Positions 1 through 11,488 of a stretch of 64,000 bases of DNA are shown here, piece by piece. Origin of the DNA: an uncultured Nitrososphaerales archaeon (GTDB taxonomy: Archaea > Thermoproteota > Nitrososphaeria > Nitrososphaerales > Nitrososphaeraceae). The translations under genes and the position numbers were made by a program. Below the pieces are notes generated by a model. It was given only the letters and a program-made list of their open reading frames with translations, was not told where the DNA came from and did no database searches. The first letter of the stretch is position 1. Each line of letters starts with the position of its first letter. The DNA lies in contig CAVOHZ010000008.1 of NCBI GenBank assembly GCA_963695855.1, forward strand, positions 64,001 to 128,000, given 5' to 3'.

Positions 1-9
1 GCAATATCA

Positions 10-270
10 GTGACACGTGGATTTATCATGTATTTAAAAATATTACGCAAATCCGCACTAGAGCAAACAAAGGAAGAGGAAGGCATTAAGCATTATGTAG
101 GGAATGGACTAATTCTTGCACTGGACTTAATGATAGGAAGTGATATTATTAAAACAATACTAATCCCAACAGTACAAGAGCTTTTAGTACTTGCTGTAAT
201 AGTAGCAATAAGGATAATCCTTAGTTGGTCATTATCAAAAGAAATGAGGCTCATATCTGGAAACAAATAA
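10..270 (+). CDS. DUF1622 family membrane protein (N-terminus may lie upstream of the window)
   Basis: Motif LALDLMIGSDIIKTILIPT..L.VLAVIVAIRIILSWSL.KE is typical of DUF1622. Confidence 0.75.
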   Translation: MTRGFIMYLKILRKSALEQTKEEEGIKHYVGNGLILALDLMIGSDIIKTILIPTVQELLVLAVIVAIRIILSWSLSKEMRLISGNK

Positions 271-595
271 GACAGCGAGTAATTCTTTTTAAAATACATT
301 AAACCGATGGACCCATATTTTTCTCGGGTTCATCTATTTGAACATACTTCTAAAAACATCGTTCTACTTCCAACTTCCAACATCTATAAACTACATGTTT
401 TTTATATATATCTACCAAAGTCTCTGCTATAAGCATTTTTTCTCATGATAAACAATGATAACTTTAGAATTAGACATTAACTAAATGGTTGGATCATTAT
501 AAGACATCTATATGTCATTAAATTATTGTAAAATAATACCAAAATATCTTACCAAACCGAAGAAAACATAATGTACTATTTCTTTTAATATTATA

Positions 596-1446
596 TTGAG
601 TAAGTTACTGTCCTTTATAACAGCTAAATTAGTATTAAAAAAATCTGGAATAAAATCATCAAAGGTGGGATGGTTTTGGCTATTTCAAATAATTTTGACA
701 ATAATAGCTACAAGATTTATTGATAAAGCTATTGGATTCTCAATTGATGTAGCTAATAATCGTTGGGAACCTGGAACATATTTGGAAGGAGTTACTGGCC
801 TTTTGGCTATAATTGGAGCAACTATATTTGCCATAATACTTATTCTCATGCATACAGGTAAGATAAAGGAGGATCAACCAAAAGATAAAGAAAAAGTAGA
901 TGATGATGATATTATAGAAGTAATTAAGGAAAAAATTGATATTGATTCAAAAATAGGATTTGCAAAAGAAGAAGTGGATATTGTACTAGACTCTAGTAAA
1001 TATTTCAAACATGGTAGTGACATATTAAAAAGATGTATAAATACTAATACGATAAGTAAAACTCGAATATTAATAGGCTCGTCTGTGGTAGATTACAATG
1101 GAACTAGAGAAAACAAGCAACAAACTTCAAATATAGATACCAATGAGAATTTACTATTTCAATCATTATTACAGGTAATAAAAGACTTTAAAACAGAAAA
1201 AAATAAAACAATTGAGATAAGAATGCTAAATTTCCCTTTGTTTCAATCCATGATAATTATAGATCCATTGTCAATAGAATACGGACAGATATACTTTGAG
1301 CATATATTTTTCCCAACAAAGGAAAAAGAATACAGAAGCATTTCAGAATCTTAAAAAGGTCAAAAAACACAGATACAGAAAATATCTTTAAAATTACATA
1401 TGACATCTTTCTAAATCAATGGAATAAAGCAATTCTAATCCAATAA
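596..1446 (+). pseudogene. Membrane-anchored protein with DUF5919-like C-terminal domain, frameshifted near 1340
   Basis: Two hydrophobic helices, then IEIRMLNFPLFQSMIIIDP..GQIYFEH. The ORF stops at 1354 but the -1 frame continues FRILKRSK...IFLNQWNKA to TAA 1446. Confidence 0.5.
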
Positions 1447-1481
1447 GACATTTTTATTTTTGTTTCTAAAAAATAAATAAA

Positions 1482-1822
1482 TTCGTTTCAAGCATCAATT
1501 GTAGTGTTATCTTGCCAATTATCAGAAATGTGTTTTATATTATTCACCATGATATTGCTATAAAATTTGATGTATTTAGGTAAAAATAACGGTTGAATAA
1601 TTTTCCTATATTGTCTATGAGAATCTCCTTCATTTAATGATAAACCATTACCTAAAAACTGTCTTAATTCTGCTGCTCTTGTTTTAGAAAATAATTTGTA
1701 ATCTCATGTAAAAATTTGCTCTATATGATCAGGATTACTTAAAATATAAACATCATCTTGTTTTAACTTCATGTAAAATAATATCTCCATATTTTGTATT
1801 AAATCCATTAGAAAATTTCTTT
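1482..1822 (-). pseudogene. Cytochrome P450 N-terminal remnant
   Basis: Manual translation KYGDII..YILSNPDHIEQIF*..FLGNGLSLNEGDSHRQYRKIIQPLFLPKYIKFYSNIM..NWQDNTTIDA* matches the P450 B/C-helix region; contains stops and frameshifts. Confidence 0.7.
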
Positions 1823-1871
1823 ATCCAATAATATAAAATAATAAAAAGCATTTGTTAATGTTAATGATAGA

Positions 1872-2924
1872 ATGAAATGGATATTGATAATAATAATGCT
1901 TCTTTCAGTATTTTCATTTTCTATCTTTACAAACGACTTAATAATGCAAAACAATATAATATATGCACAAGTTGAACCTTCACTACCATCATCACCATCA
2001 TCTGACCTTTTAACAACAGCTCAATCTATATTGAAAACACTGGATGAAAATGCAGTTAAAGCATTGGAGAAAACGAATACGATAGAACCTCCACTACCAT
2101 CATCATCATCGGAGTCTTTAACAACACCTCAATCTATACTGAAAACACTGGTTGATAATGCAGGTGAAGCATTGAAGAAAACGAATACGACAAAAACACT
2201 TTTAAATTTAAATATAGTCTTACAAGCATTAAAAGAGTCCAATGAAAATTCATCATCAATAGAAGCAACAAAATTACTTCTAAATGATGCCATTCAAGCT
2301 GTAAACAATAAAGATAACTCTAAAGCATCTGTGTATATGGAACTTGTAAGTGAACAACTTGGAGCTCAACCAACTAACAATGGTACCTATCCTACTGCCA
2401 CAAATGCAAATACCATAGATAGCAAAAATTATCTATCATATCAAAATCCTCTTTTTGAAATAAAAATCAAGTATCCTGATAATTGGTCGGTTAGAACATA
2501 TACATATAATCTTGCATTAAATAATACCATTGTAGGATTCTATTCTCCTTCAAAAACCGCATCTGAACTTGGAAACATATCTGGTGTATCTGGTCTTTTC
2601 GTTCCATATCTAGACATATTCGTATTTTCCTCAAAGAATAAAACATTGGATGAAATAATTGATGGAATAATTAACAGAATACAAAACAGTACATACTATC
2701 TAGTTAGCAAATCAGAACCCTTTATGTTAAAAGGAAATCAATCTGCTTATATGTTGGTTTATTCCATTACAACGGGAAAGGATGAATTATTCAAAAAGAT
2801 TCAAGTATATACAATTTTTAAAAGTAAAGTATATTTGATAACGTTTACTGCACAAGACTCATTGTTCTCAAATTACATGCCAGTAGTGAAAAAGATGATA
2901 GATTCATTTGAATTTGGAAAATAG
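1872..2924 (+). CDS. Exported protein with C-terminal PsbP-like domain
   Basis: Signal peptide; YQNPLFEIKIKYPDNW ... VYLITFTA...FSNYMPVVKKMIDSF; an N-terminal ~37-aa unit is duplicated (1974-2190). Confidence 0.75.
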   Translation: MKWILIIIMLLSVFSFSIFTNDLIMQNNIIYAQVEPSLPSSPSSDLLTTAQSILKTLDENAVKALEKTNTIEPPLPSSSSESLTTPQSILKTLVDNAGEALKKTNTTKTLLNLNIVLQALKESNENSSSIEATKLLLNDAIQAVNNKDNSKASVYMELVSEQLGAQPTNNGTYPTATNANTIDSKNYLSYQNPLFEIKIKYPDNWSVRTYTYNLALNNTIVGFYSPSKTASELGNISGVSGLFVPYLDIFVFSSKNKTLDEIIDGIINRIQNSTYYLVSKSEPFMLKGNQSAYMLVYSITTGKDELFKKIQVYTIFKSKVYLITFTAQDSLFSNYMPVVKKMIDSFEFGK

Positions 2925-3090
2925 TCACACATGACAATTATTATCTTCTCATCATAGCCGATCAGTCAATATCAATATGAATGAAATTTTGTTATATATA
3001 GATGGAATGTCCAAAAATAGAAAATATTATTATTGTAAAGCATTGGGATTTTTTGTCTCATGGATAATAACTTTAACGTGTATATACAAA

Positions 3091-3861
3091 CTATTCTGGA
3101 GGTGTTATTTCAATATCTTTGGGAAAATCTACTCCAATATTATTGAGAATCTTGCATTGTCCTGCTACCGTATCCCCCTTCGAAGGATTATAATCTAGAA
3201 TTATTCCCTTTCCAATTCCACCACAATCAAAAGAATTACTTCCTCCTCCTCCATACATAATAGTAGAACCCGATCCACCACCAATAAGAACATCATTATC
3301 CGAACCTCCTACTAGAAGGTTGTTTCCAATACCGCTGACAAGTACATCATTTCCAGGACCTCCATCTAGTAAGTTGCTTCCAGCACCTGAAATTATAATG
3401 TCATCGTCATTTCCACCGTATAGCTTATTATCTCCTGATCCTCCATAAATTATGTCGTTTCCACCTTTAGCATAGACTTCATCTATTCCTGCTAATGTAT
3501 ATATTATTTCATCACTTTTACCTCCTTCGATAAAGTCATCGCAATTGGTTCCGGTTATTAAATCCCCTTTTTGGGTAATATCAGAAGTTCCTCCTGAGAG
3601 GGCACTTAAAATACACTTTGAATCTTGAATAGATTGTATAGGTTTAGAATTCAATAACGAAAGAATGAGATCTTTAATTATACTTGGATTTGATAGGTCA
3701 AGTAAATCCGACTCTTCTACTAAATCCGATGGTTGTGCATATGAGATGATAATATTTCCAGAAAAAGGAAAGAAGAATATGATAATAATAATAATACTAG
3801 TTGTAATCATCATCATCACCATCATTATTCCAATGATTCTTACAAACTCTATACAGATCAT
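3091..3861 (-). CDS. Hemolysin-type (RTX) calcium-binding repeat protein
   Basis: Repeated GGxGxDx(L/I)x nonapeptides, N-terminal hydrophobic segment, C-terminal FDC...GQC. Confidence 0.85.
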   Translation of the reverse strand: MICIEFVRIIGIMMVMMMITTSIIIIIIFFFPFSGNIIISYAQPSDLVEESDLLDLSNPSIIKDLILSLLNSKPIQSIQDSKCILSALSGGTSDITQKGDLITGTNCDDFIEGGKSDEIIYTLAGIDEVYAKGGNDIIYGGSGDNKLYGGNDDDIIISGAGSNLLDGGPGNDVLVSGIGNNLLVGGSDNDVLIGGGSGSTIMYGGGGSNSFDCGGIGKGIILDYNPSKGDTVAGQCKILNNIGVDFPKDIEITPPE

Positions 3862-4002
3862 ATATTGAGATATAATCTAATCTAATCTATTATTAATAAG
3901 AAATAAGATGAAGTGGATTAGAATAAAAAGTGTGTTAAAGTTAACATAAAAATTTGTAATAATAGAGATCTAGTAGAGTAATAATATAATTTTTAATTAA
4001 AT

Positions 4003-4701
4003 CTAATTTGGCTCGATATCGATGTCAGGTATGTCATTAGAACGTGCTTGACCTTCAGTATTTACTATCTTGCATTGTCCTGCTATGGTATCTCCATTGT
4101 CAGGGTTGTAGTCAAGTACTACTGCTCTGGCTAATCCTAACAAAGATATAGGACAATCAAAATGGTTGGCACCAGAACCTCCATCCATAACACTATCTCC
4201 AGTACCACCAAACAACTTGTCATTTCCTTTTCCTCCTACAATCAACTGGTTCCCAAGGCCACCTAACATCACATCATCACCATTACCACCATCAATTAGT
4301 GCCTTTCCAGGACCACCAAGGATCAGATCGTCGTCTTTTCCTCCATACAATTGATTATCAGCACCCCCATAAATCATATCATCTCCATCTAGAGCAAATA
4401 CCTGTTCGTGAATCCCTCCATATATAATGTCATCTTTATTTGATCCAATACATGTAGCAAGATCCGAACATGTCATTACGTTTCCAAAGAAAACACCTGA
4501 ATTAAAATCAAGGTCGCCAATTTTGTCATTCAATTTTGTTAATTTGGTGACCCCTCCAGTTTCACCAAAAATTTCTGGTATATTTACAACGACTAATAAA
4601 CCTATAAAAATAAATGATAAACCTAAAATAAATACTATTGATTTCCTATTTATAAATAATATAGGATCTCTTTGACACACAACAAAGATAATTAGTTCCA
4701 C
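4003..4701 (-). CDS. Hemolysin-type (RTX) calcium-binding repeat protein, tandem paralog of 3091-3861
   Basis: GGxGxD repeats; shares FDC...LDYNP..GDT.AGQCKI with its neighbour. Confidence 0.85.
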   Translation of the reverse strand: MELIIFVVCQRDPILFINRKSIVFILGLSFIFIGLLVVVNIPEIFGETGGVTKLTKLNDKIGDLDFNSGVFFGNVMTCSDLATCIGSNKDDIIYGGIHEQVFALDGDDMIYGGADNQLYGGKDDDLILGGPGKALIDGGNGDDVMLGGLGNQLIVGGKGNDKLFGGTGDSVMDGGSGANHFDCPISLLGLARAVVLDYNPDNGDTIAGQCKIVNTEGQARSNDIPDIDIEPN

Positions 4702-4920
4702 TTATTTAATATTTCACAAACTAATTCTATATATTTAATTTAAAAAAATATAAGGAAAAAATTTCCGAAATTTCTTTGGAATTTTTAAGAGATTTTACAG
4801 GTTTATCTTTTAAAATAAGATCTAATAAGAACTTCTTAAAAATTAAAAATTGGTAAAAAAATAATAAATAGGAAAGAGATAGGGAAATGAAATAAAATAA
4901 AATATCAAGAATAAATCTTG

Positions 4921-4942
4921 ATGAAATGAAATGAAATGAAAT
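4921..4942. repeat. (ATGAA)4 microsatellite
   Basis: atgaaatgaaatgaaatgaaat in the intergenic region. Confidence 0.7.
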
Positions 4943-4980
4943 AGGAAAAGGATCTACAATTTCATATTTGTATGTTTTTC

Positions 4981-5790
4981 TTAGTGCAGTGGAACACTAC
5001 CTAGATTAGTTACTGCCACATAGGGAACAACAAATATAGTTATAAGATGTGCAGAGGCAGGTCCACTGGTATTATTCTCTATACCAAAGAGAGAACCGAT
5101 ATCAAGCAACCCCATTGTAATAGTACGCGGATACTGCCAGTTCCCTGCAACAATACTCCCTGTTCCAAATTGAATATCTTTTAACAATTGGAATGGCCTA
5201 ATAGAACTCAACGGATCTGAACCAGTCTGACCTCCTAAGAGTCCTCCAGTTTGTCCTATTAGACTGCTCAGAGGACCGGGATTGCTAGTTCCCAGACCAC
5301 TAGTGTTGGCTTTATTACGCATTAATCCTGAATCCTTTACCAAAGATAGTATATCCTCTAGGTCGCTGACTGGAACTCTAACGGCCGTAACAGTTACTGG
5401 TGTAGTGATGTTGGCATTGGTATTCCCACCATCTACCTGTTTCAAAGTTACGGATATTTCAGTATCTCCAAAATTCACTCCGCTTACCTGTATCCCTGGA
5501 ATTTCACTTATCCCTGTTATGACAGTAAATGGTGTTGACAGTAGCTGTTTTAGTTTACCAAGATCGGTTTTTAACACACTAGTAGTGGCATTTTCTATGG
5601 CTTTCAGTCCACTTCCTGCAGCAGTACCGTTTTGCACGTTTGCGGGTGAAGATTGTGCAAACACTTCCTTGAAAAATGGAGTTGTTGATGATATAGATAG
5701 GAAGAGACCTGCCAAAGTAAAACTGCCGATAAGTAATATTAAAAATTTCTGATTCATTAGATAAATAATTTTATAAAATAACCACCACAT
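4981..5790 (-). CDS. Hypothetical exported protein
   Basis: 269-aa ORF, signal peptide ending VFAQ, Gly/Ser/Thr-rich. Confidence 0.65.
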   Translation of the reverse strand: MWWLFYKIIYLMNQKFLILLIGSFTLAGLFLSISSTTPFFKEVFAQSSPANVQNGTAAGSGLKAIENATTSVLKTDLGKLKQLLSTPFTVITGISEIPGIQVSGVNFGDTEISVTLKQVDGGNTNANITTPVTVTAVRVPVSDLEDILSLVKDSGLMRNKANTSGLGTSNPGPLSSLIGQTGGLLGGQTGSDPLSSIRPFQLLKDIQFGTGSIVAGNWQYPRTITMGLLDIGSLFGIENNTSGPASAHLITIFVVPYVAVTNLGSVPLH

Positions 5791-6055
5791 AAATTTTATT
5801 CGCCTTTTCGAGAAATATTACAGCCAAGCTTAAAGCTATAAAACAAGCATCATAGATGTGTTTAAATTAACTACCTCACTTCCTGATTGATGAAAGTTGG
5901 TGTACCAATTATGGATAAGAAAGTTAATATGTCTAAACAACTACGACTTATTTCCCGACATATTCCAAAACATTCTAGTTTATTCATAACCATAGAAAAG
6001 ACAAGAGAACAAAGACTTATGGAGATTCTTTGCTGTCGGTAACTGAACAGATTTA

Positions 6056-6508
6056 ATGACGAACATGAATTCTACTTATTGTATTATGAAAGTCTCTGAT
6101 GAAGTTCAAGGCATCATTACTTATAGTGATGTTATTTCCTTACTTCAAGAAGAAGAAAAGTTTGAAACTATTCCTATTTTTCTTATGGGGCTGCCAGATG
6201 ATCCTTTTGAAGCGGAGCTGGCAAAATCGAAATTCAAAAATATAGTTCAATATATGAAAAAGATTTATCCAGACATAGAACAAGCAAAGTGTCGTATCAA
6301 AATGAGAGATACTCCTTCTCCGAGAAAACGATATGAAGTTACGATAAACATTATGGCAACACATTCTAGTTACCACTACTCTGACATTGGCTGGGACCTT
6401 AAAAATATTTTTGATCAAATAAGTAATGCTATGAAGAAAAAAGTTGGCCAGAGAAGTAAAAGGAGACAAAGAAATACTATGAGAAATATGGAGATTCCAC
6501 AAGAGTAA
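6056..6508 (+). pseudogene. Truncated CBS + HPF/RaiA-like protein (archaeal Hib-type hibernation factor paralog), N-terminal CBS domains missing
   Basis: End of a CBS domain (VQGIITYSDVI), then IPIFLMGLPDDPFEAE...RYEV.I......Y.YSDIGWDL..IFD; no intact upstream CBS frame. Confidence 0.55.
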
Positions 6509-7827
6509 GGTACATGCAGGTTATCAAGTTGTACATGAAAATTATAAACTGAGGATTGATGGCAGATTGAACGCAAGTTGGTATATGATGCATCGTAAAA
6601 TTATAAAATTGTCGGTGACAATATTTAACTGACTATATGGATAGAGAAATATAGATTCTTAAGGGCTTATAACTACCCTTTGTATTGCTAGTAAACGCAT
6701 CAGAATACGGATTGTTTTTAGTATACCAATTCATTTTATTGGACCTTTTTGAAAATCTTGGTAGAAGCAGAAGATATAGTCTTCTGACTCATTAGTTAAA
6801 AAGACACATTTCAAGATGAATTATATTATACAAAGGACTATTGATAGCAAATTTGATCATTCTGATCAATTTCATGTCGTAATCCCTGAATCTCTCTTTT
6901 GTTAAATTGTTATGCGTATCTCCGTGGTTTCATTTTTCACTTTTCTTTACGCACTACATTTCTTAATGAACTTGGAAGAATACCTGTTTTTTCATCGACT
7001 GTTTGCATGAATACCTTAACGAAACAAGTTCCCTGACAATTCCCATGCCTGTTGCAAATCCAGTGATAACAGTTGTTATAAAAAATTTTTCGAAAGTGTT
7101 AGCATTAGCTGGAGAAAAGAAACTTTTATCTCTTCTTATCCTTCTTACATGATTAACTTTTTCGTTTTTTTGTCACAGTTTATTTTTGGTTTTTCAAGCT
7201 TTTAAAGATCCTATGGATCTGTTTTTATATTTTATCCAATTCATTTTTTTAAAAATCTGTGAACACATAAAAATATAAATATTAAATAGTTTCTCCTCAA
7301 TCAGTATATTTTATACAAAATAAATTGAAAAAAATAGATTAAATTTCAAGGAGATTTTTGAAATAATGAAAGATGTTGCAAATAGAAATCTCAATATGGA
7401 ATTGCAGCTTTCTTAACCGCCCTTGATCATCAGGGAATTAGGTATTGATGAAACAACTAGTCTTATTTAGAAATAAGAGCGACAACTCTTAATGAAGGGA
7501 AAGACTTCTTTATTTCTATGGCTCAAAATGACTCCACTCTATAAATATGGATGATAGTAGAAAAGAAATTTTAGATCATTTCAGAAATATTTTGGTGAAC
7601 TTGGGAAAGAAAGTTGAAAATTTGAGAATTACACTATCTAATTGATCTGTCTATATACAACGAGATTATTGTTTTAAAAATATGAAAATATATTAATTGG
7701 AGTTTTCTTTAAATGATAATACCTAGAAGATAAACAAGTTGGATGTGTCAAAGAAATTGAAATAAAAGCTTTCTCTACACGTATTTATAATGTAATTGAA
7801 TCTCTTATTTTAGTGACTATTATATAA

Positions 7828-8940
7828 TCATTTAAGGTCTGATTGAATCATTACGAGTTTATCAGTTGCCGATTCTGCACCCCATACTTCTCCTGACCGT
7901 CCGAGAATCTGACGTACTTCGGCATCTTCGCTAGGCAAGGAATATATCTTAAAACTTTGTTGAATCGGATCAAATCTAACTAAGGCATTAGCTCCGAAAT
8001 CGCTTAACCATACAAAATCATTCGTATCTACATATATAGCATAAGGTTGCGGATTCACTCCTGGAAGTCTCCACTCCGTCCATTTGTCTATAGTAGAATT
8101 ATAGACGGCCAGTTGTCCTGCATTCCACTCACTAACCCATAAATTTCCATGAGAGTCGGACCAAATACGTCTAGCCCCTTGGTCAGGTGTAGGTGGTTCT
8201 AACACAGTACCAGCTCCCGTTTCTAAATCAATATTTACTATATGGCTTCCAGCCAATGAGGCATAGTAGATGCTACCATTTGGTGTGGTGGTAATCCCAT
8301 AAGGTCCTCTTCCTTCAGGTGCATTGAAGATTTCAACATGCCCAATTGATGGATCTAGGCGACCATAAATGCCACTCTGTCCAGTAAACCATAGAACACC
8401 ATCATTGTCGAATGTAGCAGTATTCAGATTAGCATAACTACTATTTGCAGGTAACGGAAAGAGTCTGATCTCTTCAGTTTCGGGATCAACACGTACAATT
8501 GCATTCAGACCACCATCTGTTATCCAAGGTGCACCATCCGGGCCTACAATGACACCGTGAGGTGCTGAGCCGTAACCGAGTTTAATGTGATGGGTCTTAC
8601 CAGTAACTGGATCTAATTGACCCAATTCACCAGATCCTTGTGCAGTATACCATACATTTCCATCAGGGGCAGGAGCAACATCATGTGGACGTGAGCCTGC
8701 TGGAATGGGAAATTCTTTTATAATGTGGTTGACTGATGGTTCAGCATCAATCAATTTAACCATTGTCATAGAAATAAATTTAGACAATAAAATTTCAGTA
8801 TGAAGAGAAAGATCTATTGTAGGTACTGTTGATTCTGGGAGTACTGGCTGAACTGCTGTCTCGATTATATAACCAGAACAAGACCAGATTACCAATAGTC
8901 CTATTAAATATTTTGTAGTTATACTCCATGAATCTAACAA
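7828..8940 (-). CDS. Virginiamycin B lyase (Vgb) family beta-propeller; true start probably ~8770
   Basis: PHDVAPAPDGNVWYT, PHGVIVGPDGAPWITD, GPYGITTTP, QPYAIYVD, VRQILGR..EVWGAES. Confidence 0.85.
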   Translation of the reverse strand: MLDSWSITTKYLIGLLVIWSCSGYIIETAVQPVLPESTVPTIDLSLHTEILLSKFISMTMVKLIDAEPSVNHIIKEFPIPAGSRPHDVAPAPDGNVWYTAQGSGELGQLDPVTGKTHHIKLGYGSAPHGVIVGPDGAPWITDGGLNAIVRVDPETEEIRLFPLPANSSYANLNTATFDNDGVLWFTGQSGIYGRLDPSIGHVEIFNAPEGRGPYGITTTPNGSIYYASLAGSHIVNIDLETGAGTVLEPPTPDQGARRIWSDSHGNLWVSEWNAGQLAVYNSTIDKWTEWRLPGVNPQPYAIYVDTNDFVWLSDFGANALVRFDPIQQSFKIYSLPSEDAEVRQILGRSGEVWGAESATDKLVMIQSDLK

Positions 8941-9810
8941 TTCCTATTGTATAATTTATAATAAATATATTAAAACCATTTCTTATGTTTTGGAGTGAAT
9001 AACCTAAATTTCCGAGATAGAAGATATTGAGTTCAGTAGATTTGAACCTTAAATTTGATCTATAGATAAAATATTATTTTAAACCCCACGACGGTAGGTT
9101 GAAGATCAAAAATTATATTAATTTTATAAACTAAATACGTGTATTCACAAGTTTATATAATTTCCAAAAATATAAGGTGTGCTGTATTTGACTTTTTTAA
9201 ATGTTCGAGTTGAAGAGAGAAGGGCAAGATTTTCAAACGTAAAAAATAATAGCAACGCTCCAAGAAAAAAACTTAAAATAAAATAGGACTTAAACCCCAA
9301 AATGGGACTAAAAGAAAAATCGGAAATTTAAACTACTTGACTATGACGATTAAATCGATTATGCAACAATAAACCATCCTGAACCTATGATCTTACGAAT
9401 TTTTTGTAGATTCGCTAAAATATTACAGATTATCCGGGAAGGGATTATAATTCAAGTGATTTTAATACTAAGACGAAATACAATTTATAATAGAAAATCT
9501 GAATATTCAAGAAATTGCTAATATAAAGAATAGTTTTTGTTTATTGTTATGTTATATTACATATGGACAAAATATTTACTGATGAATAGCTGTAATAAAG
9601 TACGAAATATATACTATTTTCACTCCTGTTTTTTTAGTAATGATAATACCAATTTTAGTACCTAAGAATGGTATTAAGAATAATTAATTATTGTTAGAAT
9701 CATAAAATATAAGACGACTATTTATGTATACACAATCTAGAAAGTACTTTTCACCTCGTTAATAACGCTATTTAATTTATATTTGTTAGTAATTCGAACC
9801 GAGGAATCAA

Positions 9811-9917
9811 TGGAGGAGGTGGGATTTGAACCCACGAACCCCTAAAGGACGGGATCACCCATTATTCAGGATTTGATCTTGAGTCCTGCGCGTTTGACCA
9901 GGCTTCGCGACTCCTCC
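9811..9917 (-). tRNA. tRNA-Leu(CAA) with 22-nt canonical 37/38 intron (9856-9877)
   Basis: Acceptor GGAGGAG/CTCCTCC-A, CT-CAA-G anticodon loop, long variable arm, GTGGG-TTCAAAT-CCCAC T-arm; BHB helix CTCA/TGGG. Confidence 0.92.
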
Positions 9918-10493
9918 AACTCAAAACTAGAGTTTAACAATTTTGCCTGACAATAATACAATTTTAGCTTAGATATTTAGAGTTATCATCTCAAATCAAC
10001 TGACAATAGATCCGGTATTTTTAATTTGAATTTGATCCTGACTAATTTTGATACCAAAATTCTGATGATTTTTGTACTCTGTTTTGAATTTAAAATACCT
10101 ATATACAATAATTTTTTTCTTCTTGAAAAACAATGATCATCATTAAACACAAAATGAAATATAATGGAAGATTTTCATTTTATTTGCAATACCAATAGGC
10201 AACAAGAATACATATATTTTCATTAACTTTTAAATTGGTGATAATTTTTTATTAATACGTTATTTGTTTTTAAATATGAGCCTTTTTTCATTATTAAAAA
10301 ATATAAAAATTATAGCATCAAACTCATGAGTTAATTTTGATTCAACTATAATGTGTTTAATGGGTCATATAATTGCAAACATTTTCTTTAGAATAAGACT
10401 ACGCTGTGAGTATGCCGTCAAATGAAAATTATACCAACTTTTCCACTAATTGCAAAGAATTTAATAAATATCAGGTGCAAATTGATATAGCAT

Positions 10494-11486
10494 TTGTCGG
10501 ATCAAAATAATAAGAGTAATACAACTATTGATGAATTTGCCAGAGATGTAAAATATGGATTAGGCCGAAAAAGAAAGAGACTTGACCCAAAATACTTTTA
10601 TGATAAGACAGGCTCAGAACTTTTTGAATCAATTTGTACTCAACCTGAATATTATTTAACTAGAACGGAATATAAAATAATACTAAAAAATATGGGAGAT
10701 TTAGTTAATTATTTTCACAATCAAAATGTGTCCATTATTGAATTAGGTAGTGGTAGCTCTAAGAAAACCAAAATAATCCTCAAATATTTTCTAGAAAAAC
10801 AAGAGAACAAATTGCATTATTTTCCAATAGATGTATCTTATGAAATGTTGTTCAATAGTAATAAAAAACTGCTAAAGGATTTTCCAAAAATTACGAGTTA
10901 TCCAATATCCTCTGATTATTTTGATGGAATAAGACAAGCTAATGAATATATTCATTCTAATGGTAACATTCCAGATAAAAAATTGATACTATTCTTTGGT
11001 TCAAGTTTGGGAAACTTTCAACCAAAATATGCGATAAGCTTTTTAAGATCCATTAGAAAAGGATTAGCCCCAGATGATTCTTTTTTGATAGGATTTGATC
11101 TTGTAAAGAAAAAGGAGGTTTTGGAAGCAGCTTATAACGACGGAAACGGAATAACAGCTCAATTCAATTTAAACATTTTAAGGAGAATAAATAATGAATT
11201 AGATGGAGAATTTGATTTAGAATCATTTAAGCACTTTGCTTACTTTAACGAAAAAAAAAGTAGAATTGAAATGCATCTTGTTTCAAAAATCAAACAAAAT
11301 GTTAAGATAGGAAAAATTAACAAATCATTTAATTTTTTAAAAAATGAATCAATCCACACTGAAAATTCTTACAAGTACAAGATAGAAGATATTAAAAATT
11401 TCGCTAAAAAAAGTAGTATGAAGGTGGAAAAAAACTTTTTAGATGACAACCACTGGTTTAGTTTATCTCTGTTGGTTCCAAATTAA
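10494..11486 (+). CDS. egtD: L-histidine N-alpha-trimethyltransferase
   Basis: PKYFYD..GSELFE.I...PEYYLTRTE, ELGSGSS.KT, FFGSSLGNF, AAYND..GITAQFNLN, IHTENSYKY. Confidence 0.95.
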   Translation: MSDQNNKSNTTIDEFARDVKYGLGRKRKRLDPKYFYDKTGSELFESICTQPEYYLTRTEYKIILKNMGDLVNYFHNQNVSIIELGSGSSKKTKIILKYFLEKQENKLHYFPIDVSYEMLFNSNKKLLKDFPKITSYPISSDYFDGIRQANEYIHSNGNIPDKKLILFFGSSLGNFQPKYAISFLRSIRKGLAPDDSFLIGFDLVKKKEVLEAAYNDGNGITAQFNLNILRRINNELDGEFDLESFKHFAYFNEKKSRIEMHLVSKIKQNVKIGKINKSFNFLKNESIHTENSYKYKIEDIKNFAKKSSMKVEKNFLDDNHWFSLSLLVPN

Positions 11487-11488
11487 GA

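Noticed and set aside
6510-7800. Possible decayed genes or ncRNA in a 1.3-kb gap
   Set aside because: Only short broken frames; no family or stable structure I can support
1-9810. Island integrated at tRNA-Leu
   Set aside because: Content looks accessory, but no duplicated tRNA-Leu 3' end or integrase was found within the window
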